Source: Anthoceros angustus
Lineage: Eukaryota > Plantae > Anthocerotophyta
DNA length: 64,000 bases
NCBI GenBank assembly: GCA_010909165.1
Contig: MU008164.1
Span: 186,001 to 250,000 of the forward strand
Direction of reading: 5' to 3'
Part shown: in pieces, positions 47,719 through 57,892 of the stretch
Layout: each line of letters opens with the position of its first letter
Position numbering within the stretch: position 1 is the first letter of the stretch
Notes under the pieces: model-generated
The model's database searches: none
Told to the model about the DNA's origin: nothing
Seen by the model: the letters and a program-made list of their open reading frames with translations, nothing else
Translations under genes and position numbers: made by a program

Positions 47719-50097
47719 ATGCCCGTTTGCGCCCGAAGTGTTTGGTTGATTCTTCGCAGTAGACTGACAAGATACCACTCCTTTGTAGCACCACGGCCTC
47801 GTGGCCTGGCTGGGTCCAAGGCTAGGCCCTGCAGCGAGCAAAGCACGAAGTGTGCAATTGCCTGCTGTGGCTGGTATGCCGTGCCCCTCAGATCCACTCA
47901 CCACCTTGCCCAGCCTGTGGAAGGCTCAGTCCGCGGCTTGGATGATGCTCACAGGTCGGCGAGAACCCCAGGGTATGCTGACCCTGTGGAATGGAGGAAG
48001 CTGTGTGAGCATGGACAGCTTCACAAGGCCTTTGAGGTGCTGGCCCGCATGGTTGACAAGGGTGACTTCGTGTCCAGGGACATGCTGTATCATCTGCTTA
48101 AGGGATCTATCAAGTACAGGGATGTGGGCATCGGCAGGCGTGTTCATGCTGTGGCTGCTGGCCTTGGGTATGGAGTGAATTCCTTTTTAGCCACTCATAT
48201 CATTCGCATGTACGCTTCTCTGGGTAGCCTGGTGGAAGCCAGCCAAGCATTCAGCCTGTTTCCTGCACCCGACGTGTTTGTGTGGGCGTCCATCATTTCT
48301 GCACATGCTGAGCACGGACAGGCGGAGGAGGCTGTGCAACTGTATCACCAAATGAGGCAATCAGGTGTCCAGGCGAACGACTATGTGTTTGTGGCAGTCC
48401 TGAAGGCCTGTGCTCGTGCCGGGGATTTGACCTCCGGAAAGTGGGTCCATGGTCATGTCAGGGACACTGTGGGGCGGCCTGGTGCCTTTGTTGGCAGCTG
48501 CCTTGTGGACATGTATGCCAAATGTGGCAGCCTGCAGGATGGTCGTGCCGTATTCGACAGCTTACCCACCAAGACTGTGGTGACATGGAGTACCATGATG
48601 AGCGCATATGCTCAGCATGGCTTCGGTCGGGAAGCCCTCAATCTGTATGGCAGCATGGAGCGGGATGGCCTGACGCCAGGGAACGATGTCACGTTTGTGG
48701 CCCTTTTGAAATCCTGCGCCAGCATTGGAGCATTACAGGAAGGACGGCGGTTGTATGCTCAGATTCTTAGCAGGGGGATCAGTGTGAGCTCAACTGTTGG
48801 TAATACCTTACTGGACATGTTTGCAAAATGTGGGAGTCTGGTGGATGCGCGCATCGTGTTTGACAGGTTGCCAGCCAGGAGTTTGGTGACGTGGAGTGCC
48901 ATGATTGCAGGATATGTGCGACATGGGCGTGGGCAGGAGGCTATCAACCTGTTCGACAGCATGCTGCAAGATGGAGTCGTTCCTGATAGCGTCACACTTG
49001 TGTGCGCTCTAAAAGCATGTGCTGGTGCAGGAGCTAAGCAGAGGGGCAAGAATATTCATGCCCAGGTCCTGGAGATGGGACTGGAAGCAGATTCGTTCAT
49101 CGGGAATGCATTGGTGGACATGTATGCTAAATGTGGGAGCATGCACGATGCCCAAGGAGTATTCACCAGATTGTCCAGAAGAGATGTGGTGACATGGAAT
49201 GCCCTGATTAACGGCTATGGCCAACATAATAATTGCAACACGGCAATAAGGTGTTTTCTGGAGATGCAGCAGCAGGGAGTGGAGCCGGATGGTGCTACAT
49301 TCCTCTCTCTGCTTGTGGCATGCAGCCATGTGTGCCTGGTGAATGAGGGCCAGTATTTCTTCAGGCTGATGGTCGAAGAGCATGCTATGGTGCCCACCGC
49401 CGAACACTACAGTTGCCTCGTGGACATTCTAGGGCGAGCTGGGCACTTGGAAGAGGCAGAAACTGTGCTGCAACGGATGCCTTTCCAACAGGACGTAGTT
49501 GGGTGGATGTCCCTCCTGAGTGCCTGCCTAATTCACTGTGACGTGGAGAGAGGGAGGCGATGCTTCAATCGTCTGACTGAATTGGATCCTCAGCAAGCTG
49601 CAGCATACATACTCATGTCACACATCTACGTAAATGCTGGCCGGTGGGAGGATGTAGCCGAGATAGAAAGCTTGAGAAACTGTGTTGGTGCCCAAAAGAA
49701 GCCTGCGAAGGCCTTCATTGAGGTGGACAAGACAGTGCACGAGTTCATTGTAGGGGAAGTGCGTGCCGATACTTTAGGAAAGCTCATGGCCACAAATTGT
49801 CACATCCCGCAGGAGGACCGAGTGACATTTTCACAGTCAGAGTTGAGGAAGCCGGAAGGAGATACTCTGTGTGGGCATGCAGAGAAATTAGCCTTGGCAT
49901 TCGGTCTTCTCAACACTCCAGAAGGCACTCCTTTGCTGGTGACCAAGAACCTACGGATGTGCGATGATTGCCACAATGGCACAAAGCTCCTGTCAAGGTT
50001 TGAAAGGCGACAGATCATAGTTAGGGACAGTCACCATGTGCATCACTTCAGGGATGGCTTGTGTTCTTGCCAGGATGGGAGGTTGTGGCCTCCATAG
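47719..50097 (+). CDS. PLS-PPR with E domains and a DYW:KP domain (candidate U-to-C editing factor)
   Basis: Intronless 792-aa ORF; KKPAKAFIEV, CGHAEKLA, KNLRMCDDCH, HHFRDGLCSCQDGRLWPP. Confidence 0.93.
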   Translation: MPVCARSVWLILRSRLTRYHSFVAPRPRGLAGSKARPCSEQSTKCAIACCGWYAVPLRSTHHLAQPVEGSVRGLDDAHRSARTPGYADPVEWRKLCEHGQLHKAFEVLARMVDKGDFVSRDMLYHLLKGSIKYRDVGIGRRVHAVAAGLGYGVNSFLATHIIRMYASLGSLVEASQAFSLFPAPDVFVWASIISAHAEHGQAEEAVQLYHQMRQSGVQANDYVFVAVLKACARAGDLTSGKWVHGHVRDTVGRPGAFVGSCLVDMYAKCGSLQDGRAVFDSLPTKTVVTWSTMMSAYAQHGFGREALNLYGSMERDGLTPGNDVTFVALLKSCASIGALQEGRRLYAQILSRGISVSSTVGNTLLDMFAKCGSLVDARIVFDRLPARSLVTWSAMIAGYVRHGRGQEAINLFDSMLQDGVVPDSVTLVCALKACAGAGAKQRGKNIHAQVLEMGLEADSFIGNALVDMYAKCGSMHDAQGVFTRLSRRDVVTWNALINGYGQHNNCNTAIRCFLEMQQQGVEPDGATFLSLLVACSHVCLVNEGQYFFRLMVEEHAMVPTAEHYSCLVDILGRAGHLEEAETVLQRMPFQQDVVGWMSLLSACLIHCDVERGRRCFNRLTELDPQQAAAYILMSHIYVNAGRWEDVAEIESLRNCVGAQKKPAKAFIEVDKTVHEFIVGEVRADTLGKLMATNCHIPQEDRVTFSQSELRKPEGDTLCGHAEKLALAFGLLNTPEGTPLLVTKNLRMCDDCHNGTKLLSRFERRQIIVRDSHHVHHFRDGLCSCQDGRLWPP

Positions 50098-50384
50098 ATA
50101 TTCGGCCCCTGGAATTCCAAGGCGACGCCACTAGGCCTCGGCAATAGTTTATCTCAAGTTCTGTGTGTTTCACATGGCTCTCCATTTGTATGACCATGGA
50201 GGTGGTACCTATTTCGGGGGATGGGTGCAAGAAAGCAGAAGAAGTTGCCACAAGATGTTGGATATACAATTTCCCCCACTTTTAACCTTTTAACGTGCAT
50301 CTGTGGGTGCGGTGTTGGGCCCCCGTCCGTTTGTGTGCTGAATCGCATTTTACCCTTCGCGTGCTGTGCAAGGCAATGCGACAG

Positions 50385-53300
50385 CTAGCTTCTGGCTGTG
50401 ACCAAAGAAATGTTCTTGTTATCGTCAGAAAAAGTTTGAGTCAAATATGGCAAGTACCCTGCATTGTGAATTTTGGAGGACACCTGCTCTAGCCTTGCTC
50501 CACCTTGGGGAAGCTTCTCATCCCCAACCAAAAAGCTATGCACCAGTCCGTCCTCGTCTGTCCACCAACTCTGACCTGGCTGCTTCCATGCTCCGATTGT
50601 TGTTCTCCTCGCCTGCATCTCCTGTGCCTCGTCCCACATGTGAGCACTGGTGTATATGTTTGACATCATCACATATGCTGCGGCATCTTTGCTGTCCAGC
50701 TTCACTGCTTCATTGAAAGCATGGCTTCCCACCTCCACGTTGCTCCACTTTCGACAAGCAGCCAACAGGGTGTGCCAGATTGAAGCATTACATAAGACAG
50801 GCAACGATTTTACCAAAGCCAGTGCCTCATCTAGGTGCCCTGCACGGCCCAGGAGGTCCACCATGCACGCGTAGTGCTCCACTGTGGGCGTAATGCCATG
50901 CTGTTCGCTCATAGCCTCGAAGTACTGTCTACCTTTCTGCACTAGACCTGCATGACTGCATACTGTTAGTACACTAAGGAACGTGATGCCCACTGGCCGT
51001 ATGCCATCCTCTCTCATCCTCTGGACCAAGTAAAAGACCACTTCACTGTCTCCTTGGGAGGTGTAGCCTGCAATCAGTGCAGTCCAGGTGACAACGTCTT
51101 TTTCGGGCAAAGCATCAAACACTCGCTGTGCATCAACCATGCTTCCGGCCTTTCCATACATGTGAATCAAACTGCCAGCTATAAACTTATCAGCTTGAAG
51201 CTCTTGTTCTCTAATCTGTGCATGTAGCTGCCGTCCAAGGTGCAAAGCTGCCACATTTGCACATGCCTGCAGTAGGCACACAAATGTAACGGAATCGGGC
51301 ACAGCGGTGCCTTCGTCTTGCATGACATGGTAGAGCCGAAGGGCCTCCTGACCCATGCCCTGTTGGGAATACCCACCTATCATGGCGTTCCATGTCACCG
51401 CATCTTTTTGAGCAAGTCCGTCAAACACTCTCTGAGCATCTTCCAAGCTGCCACACTTTGCATACATGTTCACCAGACTACTGGCTACAAACCCATCAGT
51501 TTCATGCCCTTGTTCTCTGATTTGAGCATGAAGCTGCTTCCCCATCTCCAAAGCCGCCGTGCCCACACTGGCACATGCCTGCAGGAGGCACAGTAATGTT
51601 ACAGGATCGTGTACTGCAATGCCTTTGTCTTGCATAGCACTGTACAGCTGAAGGGCTTCCTGCCCCATACCCTGCTGAGAATACCCTGCTATCATGGAAG
51701 TCCACGTGACCACATTTTTCTGACCAAATCCGTCAAACACTCTCTGAGCATCTTCCACGCTGCCACACTTTGCATACATGTTGACCAAACAGCTGGCTAC
51801 AAACACATCACGCTCATGTCCTTGCTCTTTAACTTGTGCATGAAGCTGCTTCCCCATCTCCAAAGCCGCTGTGCCAACACTAGCACATGCCTGGAGGAGG
51901 CAAATAAATGTCACTAAAGTAGGCTTAACGAGGCTGGCTTCTCGCATACCACAGTAGAGATGGAGAGCTTCCTGCCCCATGCCCTGCTGGGCATACCCTG
52001 CTATCATGGCATTCCATGTCACCACATCTTTTTGACTGAGTGTGTCAAACACTCTCTGTGCGTCTGCCAAGCTGCCACACTTTGCATACATGTTCACCAG
52101 ACTGCTGGCTACAAACACGTCCACGTGATGTCCCTCCTGTCTGAGCTGCGCATGAAGCTGCTTCCCCATCTCCAATGCTGGGGTGCCCACACCTGCACAT
52201 GCCTGCAGGAGGCAAACGTATGTCACAACATCCGGTACTGCAAGCCCTTCTTCCTGCATAGCACTGTAGATATGAAGGGCTTCCTGCCCCTTGCCCTGCT
52301 GGGAATATCCTGCAATCATGGCATTCCATGTCACCACATCTTTTTGACTAAGCCCGTCAAACACTCTCTGGGCATCTTTCAAGCTGCCACACTTCGCATA
52401 CATGTTCACTAAACTGTTGCCAACAAGCACATCGGCTTGATGTCCTCCTTCTCTGATTTGCGCATGAAGCTGCTTTCCCTTCTCCAAAGCCGGGTTGCCC
52501 ACACTTGAACACGCCTGCAGCAGGCACACAAATGTCACAGAATCTGGCACGACGATGCCTTCCTCTTGCATAGCACCGTAGAGACGGAGGGCCTCCAGCC
52601 CCTTGCCCTGCTGAGAATACCCCGCCATCAGAGCATTCCATGTCACCACATCTTTTACAACAAGTCCGTCAAACACTCTCTGAGCATCTTCCAAGCTGCC
52701 ACACTTTGCGTACATGTTAACCAAGCAGTTGCAGACAAACAAACCGGGATGACAGCCAGTGGCCAGAACATCAGCATGGACCCGCTGCCCAGTTTTCAAG
52801 TCTGCTCCCCTTGCACAGGCCTGGAGAGCTGCCACAAACACATGGCCGTCTGGCTTGATACTTGACCTGCGCATCCGATGATAGAGATCTATGGCCTCAC
52901 TTTCTTTTCCGTCTCGAACATGGGCAGAAATTATGGCAGTCCACGTGAAGGCATCCGGTTTAGCAACCCCTTGAAACACATCCATGGCATCTTGCAACCT
53001 GCCATGAGAAGCATACATTCTCAGAATGTGGAAGCCCAGGAACGTGTCGGAATGGTATCCCGTTCTCACCGCCAAGGCATGGACACGCCTACCCAGAACA
53101 AGATCCTTCTTCACCACACACTTCTTCAGCACTGTGTACAAGAGACATATTGAAACACAACGGTCCGTCTGCACCAGAACTCCCAAAGCCTCAACAGCCT
53201 CGTCGACACGACCGTCATCACACACCTTGCTCATGGTTTCAGCCGTCACACCCCCGTCGTAACCTGCAGGCCTGCCAAGGTGGTCGGGAGCATCCAGGAA

Positions 53301-53492
53301 GCTCCTATCCGAGGCACAACGACCTGGCTGTCTGTCCAACCAAGACGTTCGCTTGCACGAGTCGTTGAAGCAGAGAACCTCCTGGGACTGCCTGTGACGG
53401 ACGTCTGACCCGTCTCCAGGAAGACATCCCCTCCGATGGGCTGGTTCGAAGAGGATCGCACGTGACTCAATTGCAACGCTCCACACAGCCAT
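50385..53492 (-). CDS. PLS-PPR with E domains and a truncated DYW:WW domain (E+ type)
   Basis: Highly repetitive PLS triplets; WKQPGQSWW; the ORF stops just at the deaminase motif. First in-frame ATG at 53492 (a 5' exon is possible). Confidence 0.88.
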   Translation of the reverse strand: MAVWSVAIESRAILFEPAHRRGCLPGDGSDVRHRQSQEVLCFNDSCKRTSWLDRQPGRCASDRSFLDAPDHLGRPAGYDGGVTAETMSKVCDDGRVDEAVEALGVLVQTDRCVSICLLYTVLKKCVVKKDLVLGRRVHALAVRTGYHSDTFLGFHILRMYASHGRLQDAMDVFQGVAKPDAFTWTAIISAHVRDGKESEAIDLYHRMRRSSIKPDGHVFVAALQACARGADLKTGQRVHADVLATGCHPGLFVCNCLVNMYAKCGSLEDAQRVFDGLVVKDVVTWNALMAGYSQQGKGLEALRLYGAMQEEGIVVPDSVTFVCLLQACSSVGNPALEKGKQLHAQIREGGHQADVLVGNSLVNMYAKCGSLKDAQRVFDGLSQKDVVTWNAMIAGYSQQGKGQEALHIYSAMQEEGLAVPDVVTYVCLLQACAGVGTPALEMGKQLHAQLRQEGHHVDVFVASSLVNMYAKCGSLADAQRVFDTLSQKDVVTWNAMIAGYAQQGMGQEALHLYCGMREASLVKPTLVTFICLLQACASVGTAALEMGKQLHAQVKEQGHERDVFVASCLVNMYAKCGSVEDAQRVFDGFGQKNVVTWTSMIAGYSQQGMGQEALQLYSAMQDKGIAVHDPVTLLCLLQACASVGTAALEMGKQLHAQIREQGHETDGFVASSLVNMYAKCGSLEDAQRVFDGLAQKDAVTWNAMIGGYSQQGMGQEALRLYHVMQDEGTAVPDSVTFVCLLQACANVAALHLGRQLHAQIREQELQADKFIAGSLIHMYGKAGSMVDAQRVFDALPEKDVVTWTALIAGYTSQGDSEVVFYLVQRMREDGIRPVGITFLSVLTVCSHAGLVQKGRQYFEAMSEQHGITPTVEHYACMVDLLGRAGHLDEALALVKSLPVLCNASIWHTLLAACRKWSNVEVGSHAFNEAVKLDSKDAAAYVMMSNIYTSAHMWDEAQEMQARRTTIGAWKQPGQSWWTDEDGLVHSFLVGDEKLPQGGARLEQVSSKIHNAGYLPYLTQTFSDDNKNISLVTARS

Positions 53493-54012
53493 TGCTTGCT
53501 GGCATGCAGGAGCACGCTGAAAGCAAGACAAGCCCGGATACCAAATTTCCACACCTGCCCAGGACTGTGTGGCGAGGAGTTGGTCACATCAATTCCATGG
53601 ATTTGAGAGGATAGCCGTTGACAAAATTGTGGGCAATTGCAGATATAGCTCCTTCCACAGAACGGAGGGAACAACCACGATGTGGCTGCTGCGGGTGATG
53701 CATCTTCGCAGCAACACGTCGCCTGCTTCACTACTGGATGGAACCGCTGCTGCTTATGGAGATACAGATCCTCAACGAAGTGCGAGAGATCCTCTCCTGG
53801 GATGAAAATGGGGGTGTGACGGCTGAAACCATAAGGAAGGTGTGTGAGCAGGTCAGGACCTGTTGAAGTGCCGTCTACTGATTGCATTCAATCCCATGAG
53901 CAGAGGTGTGGAGTTTTGTTGGGTGCCAAGATCAGAGGCTGGTGCAAAAAGAGCCAACGTGGTGCTCACCGTGTTCGGTCCTTCTCCAGAGGCTGTAGAG
54001 AAGAAGGCACTA

Positions 54013-57000
54013 CTAGACTCCACCCTCATCTTGTCTGGGACGGAACTTGTAGATCTCTGGAGGTTGACTGAGTCTAGTGTAACCTGATACAAGAGCAGTC
54101 CATGAGCTTTCATCCTGGGCGGGTATGTTGTTGAACACTTCGCGGGCGTCATCCATGCAGCCACACCTAACGTACATGTCGATCAGAGCTGCAGCGATAG
54201 CAGGATCTGTCTGGAGACCACGTCTGGCCACATTTGCATGAATACTTTTGCCCTCCTGTACAGCTGCTGTGTTCGCGCACAGGTGAAGCATGCCGATGAA
54301 CAGGAACCTGTCTGGCGGTGTGACGTCCTGATCTATCTGCCAGAAGAGGACAAATGCCTCCTGCTCATCTCCGTGCTTTGCATACACCCCGATCATTGTC
54401 GTCCAGAGTACAAGATCTCGATCGTGAATGCTTGCGAAGACATGACGAGCGTCCTTTATGCTCCCACACTTGCTATACATGTGTATGGCTGAAGAAGCTA
54501 CAATCACATCCGACTCGAAGCCCATGTCCATGGCAAGGATGTGGAGACGCTTGCCGTTGTCCAAAGCTGCTGGACTGGTACAGGCACCGAACATGCTGAC
54601 AAAGGTCCACCTGTCAGGCTTCCACCCATCTTCAAGCATCTCGTTAAACAGATCCAAAGCTTCCTGGAACTCTCCATGTCTGGAATATCCTCCTATCATG
54701 GCATTCCACAGGACCACATCCTGCTTGGGCATGTTTTCGAAAACCTCCCTCGCATCCAATAAGCTCCCACATTTGGAGTACATGTCAACTACGGCGGTCA
54801 CCAACATAATGTCGGATGAAAGTCCCTCTCGACTGATGTCCATGTGAATCTTCCTGCCAGTTTCCAACGCACTAGGATTTGCACAAGCTTGCAAGACGCA
54901 AAGGAAGGTTATCTTATCTGGCTTTGCACCCTTCAGTAGCATGTCGCTGAAGAGAGCTAAAGCCTTGTCCCCTTCATTTTGCTTGACGTAGCCTCCTATC
55001 ATTATGTTCCACGACACCACCGTATGCTCGTGCATTTTATCAAAAACCTCGCGGGCATCCCCTATACTTTCGCAGTTTACATACATGTCAAGGAGGCAGT
55101 TAGCTACAAACACATCAGACAGCAGAGCCCTTTCCCTCAGAAGGGAGTGCAGTTCTTTACCTTCTGCTAAGGATGAGCAGGAAGTTAGGAGAGTACAAAA
55201 TGTAACCCTGTCTGGTTTCGCATCCTCTGATTCCATGAGCCCAAACAGTTGATGAGCTTTGCCCATATTCCCGTGCCTCAGATTCTCCAGTATCATCTCG
55301 TTCCAGGTTATTACATCTCTCACAGATGTATTATCGAAGAGTTCCTGTGATTTTTGGATACCGTCACACCTGGCATACATTGCTAGAAGAGCATTTGTGA
55401 TTACCACATCTGAATCATATCCAGTTTCAGTGATCAACCTATGTATCTGCCTTCCCTCTTCCAAGTCCATCGGACCAGCACAAGCAGAGAGAATGCTAAC
55501 AAAGGTCACCTGAGTTGGGGGCACACATTCCAGTATCATGCTCCTGAAAAGAGAAAATGCCTCTCTACACAGGCCACGTCTTGCATATTCACCAATCAAT
55601 GCAGTCCAGGAAAACACACTTCGAACACGAAGCCTATCAAAAGCTCGGCGGGCATCTTGCAAGCTCCCACATTTGATATATGCGTCCATTAAACAATCTC
55701 CCAAGCCTTCGAGTCTGCAGGATTCAATTTCGGCGTGGATCAAGTGGCATTGTTGCAAGGCTGCTGGACCATGACATGCTTCCAAGATGCTGGCAAATGT
55801 CACTTGATCTGGAGATTCCCCCTGTAGCTTCATCTCATTAAAGAGTTCAAAAGCTTGATCAGGGTCTCCATGCTTTGCATAACCCGCAATCATAGTGCTC
55901 CAGGAAACCTTGCTTTTCTTCGCGATGCTGTTGAACACTTCCCTTGCCTCCAAGAGACTGCCACAATTTACATACATGTTGACAAGAGAATTCTCCAAAA
56001 AGGTGTCTATCTCTCGCCCACTCTTGATAATGAGATCATGAATCACCATACCCTGTTCAAGGCTTGATGAACTCGAGCAGGAGTTGAGAATGGAAGCAAA
56101 GGTAACTGCATTGGGCACTACTGTCCCTGAACCCATGTGCTGGAAAAGTTGCACTGCCTCATCAATGAGTCCATGCCTTGCATAGCCTGCAAGCATCATA
56201 TTCCATGCAACCAGCCCATAGTCAGCTATGCTGTCAAATACTTGCCGTGCCAGCTCCATGCTCCCACATTTAGCATACATATCGACAAGGGTGCTCATCA
56301 AGTACACATCTGTATAATACCCACAGGTAATGAGCTTGGCATGAATACGCTTGCCCTCTTCAAACGCCATTGCATCTGTGCAAGCCTTCAGCACTGTCCC
56401 GAAGGTGACCTGTGTTGGCTTAACACACTGTCGTTCCATTTGCCAAAACACTTCGATGGCCTTTCTGCTCTGGCCATTCCTGGTGTATCCTGCTATCAAA
56501 CTCGTCCATGTGATAACGTCCCGTCTCATCATAGAATCGAACACTCTTCGTGCATCCTCCATGCTCCCACACTTTGCGTACATCACAATCAGACAATTAC
56601 TTAGGACAATATCCGAGTGTAGCCCACATCTAACCAAGTTGGAGTGAATTCTCATGCCCTGCTCCAGGCCTGAGGGGCCAGTACAAGAGCTAAGGACGTT
56701 GACAAAGGTGCTTTCCTTTGGCTTCAAAGCTGCCTGTTGCATGTTCTGAATCGTCTCCACAGCCTTATCCACTTGTCCCTCCCTTGCATAGCCTGCGATC
56801 AACACATTCCATGACACTTCATCTGGTTGAGAGAGTTCTGAGAACAGTTCACAAGCCAAAACAACGTTCTCACATCTCACATACATTTCAAGAAGGGAGT
56901 TTGCAACACCCATATCCGATTCTAGCCCACTTCGAACAACCATTTCATGTACGAGGCGCCCACGCTCGAGGGAGTCACGGCTGGACAACGCCTTAAGGAT

Positions 57001-57684
57001 GGTAATAAACGTGATTCTGTTTGGAGGCACACCAGCCCTTGCCATTTGCTCATACAAATGGAACGCCTTCTCACCCTGCTGATATCTGGCATGCCCAGCA
57101 ATCATGGTGTTCCATGATACGACATTCCGACTTGACATGGCATCAAAAACTTTGCGTGCATCTGCAACACTTCCACATTTGACATACATGTTCAGGAGCG
57201 TGTTCTGCAGAAACATAGTCATCCCCACCTTGCTCCGAATTATGTGGGCATGGACCTGCTTCCCCTCCGACAGGGATTTCGTATTTACACATCCCCGAAG
57301 AAGAGCAGCATAAACTTCACAGTCTGTTAGCACGCCTCGTCGTTCCCTGTCATCCAAAATGAGTAACGCTTTCCTCAGTGGCCCTGTTCTGCTGATCCTG
57401 ATCAGCTCTCTGTCCGACCCGATGATGTTGTTGCCCATCTGACCTGTAGAAGAACCTGGCGAGCTCCAGCTCTCTCTCACGGTTTGTCCCGCTTTTGACG
57501 ACCCACCAGGAACAGCCATGGTAACTCTTGGCAATCCACGTCTCCGTAGCGGGCACCTGCATCGCCGAGGATCCTCAGCATCTCGACTGGCACTTCTCAC
57601 CATCTCCTCCCCGCCAAGCAACCCACAGCGAAGAGAACCATCGGCGAGCCGAAATTGCGTGTTGGGCTGTCCCAGAATCTCCAT
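54013..57684 (-). CDS. Long PLS-only PPR protein (about ten PLS triplets, no E or DYW domain)
   Basis: 1223-aa intronless ORF of divergent PLS repeats, ending without the ACSH/LGRAG/E-domain signature. The start could instead be the later ATG (MAVPGG). Confidence 0.9.
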   Translation of the reverse strand: MEILGQPNTQFRLADGSLRCGLLGGEEMVRSASRDAEDPRRCRCPLRRRGLPRVTMAVPGGSSKAGQTVRESWSSPGSSTGQMGNNIIGSDRELIRISRTGPLRKALLILDDRERRGVLTDCEVYAALLRGCVNTKSLSEGKQVHAHIIRSKVGMTMFLQNTLLNMYVKCGSVADARKVFDAMSSRNVVSWNTMIAGHARYQQGEKAFHLYEQMARAGVPPNRITFITILKALSSRDSLERGRLVHEMVVRSGLESDMGVANSLLEMYVRCENVVLACELFSELSQPDEVSWNVLIAGYAREGQVDKAVETIQNMQQAALKPKESTFVNVLSSCTGPSGLEQGMRIHSNLVRCGLHSDIVLSNCLIVMYAKCGSMEDARRVFDSMMRRDVITWTSLIAGYTRNGQSRKAIEVFWQMERQCVKPTQVTFGTVLKACTDAMAFEEGKRIHAKLITCGYYTDVYLMSTLVDMYAKCGSMELARQVFDSIADYGLVAWNMMLAGYARHGLIDEAVQLFQHMGSGTVVPNAVTFASILNSCSSSSSLEQGMVIHDLIIKSGREIDTFLENSLVNMYVNCGSLLEAREVFNSIAKKSKVSWSTMIAGYAKHGDPDQAFELFNEMKLQGESPDQVTFASILEACHGPAALQQCHLIHAEIESCRLEGLGDCLMDAYIKCGSLQDARRAFDRLRVRSVFSWTALIGEYARRGLCREAFSLFRSMILECVPPTQVTFVSILSACAGPMDLEEGRQIHRLITETGYDSDVVITNALLAMYARCDGIQKSQELFDNTSVRDVITWNEMILENLRHGNMGKAHQLFGLMESEDAKPDRVTFCTLLTSCSSLAEGKELHSLLRERALLSDVFVANCLLDMYVNCESIGDAREVFDKMHEHTVVSWNIMIGGYVKQNEGDKALALFSDMLLKGAKPDKITFLCVLQACANPSALETGRKIHMDISREGLSSDIMLVTAVVDMYSKCGSLLDAREVFENMPKQDVVLWNAMIGGYSRHGEFQEALDLFNEMLEDGWKPDRWTFVSMFGACTSPAALDNGKRLHILAMDMGFESDVIVASSAIHMYSKCGSIKDARHVFASIHDRDLVLWTTMIGVYAKHGDEQEAFVLFWQIDQDVTPPDRFLFIGMLHLCANTAAVQEGKSIHANVARRGLQTDPAIAAALIDMYVRCGCMDDAREVFNNIPAQDESSWTALVSGYTRLSQPPEIYKFRPRQDEGGV

Positions 57685-57892
57685 AGCGACAACAGGTGAC
57701 CATCACTGATTCAGGAAAACACCCAAGGAAGGCTGTCCACGTCGCCCAAAGGATGCAGTCAAAGACACTATGTGGCTCTGACCTTCCGCCCTTCGTTCTC
57801 ACAACAAAGTATAAAGTCTTCTTCGTTAAGCCTCTCCTCCCCAACCTTTCGCCATTCTGAACCACGATTTCAGCAGGCCTCCTTGGAGGAAC

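Noticed and set aside
53320-53380. Vestigial PDF motif in the DYW:WW PPR N-terminus (FNDSCKRTSWLDRQP)
   Set aside because: Similarity too weak to support by eye; needs an HMM test.
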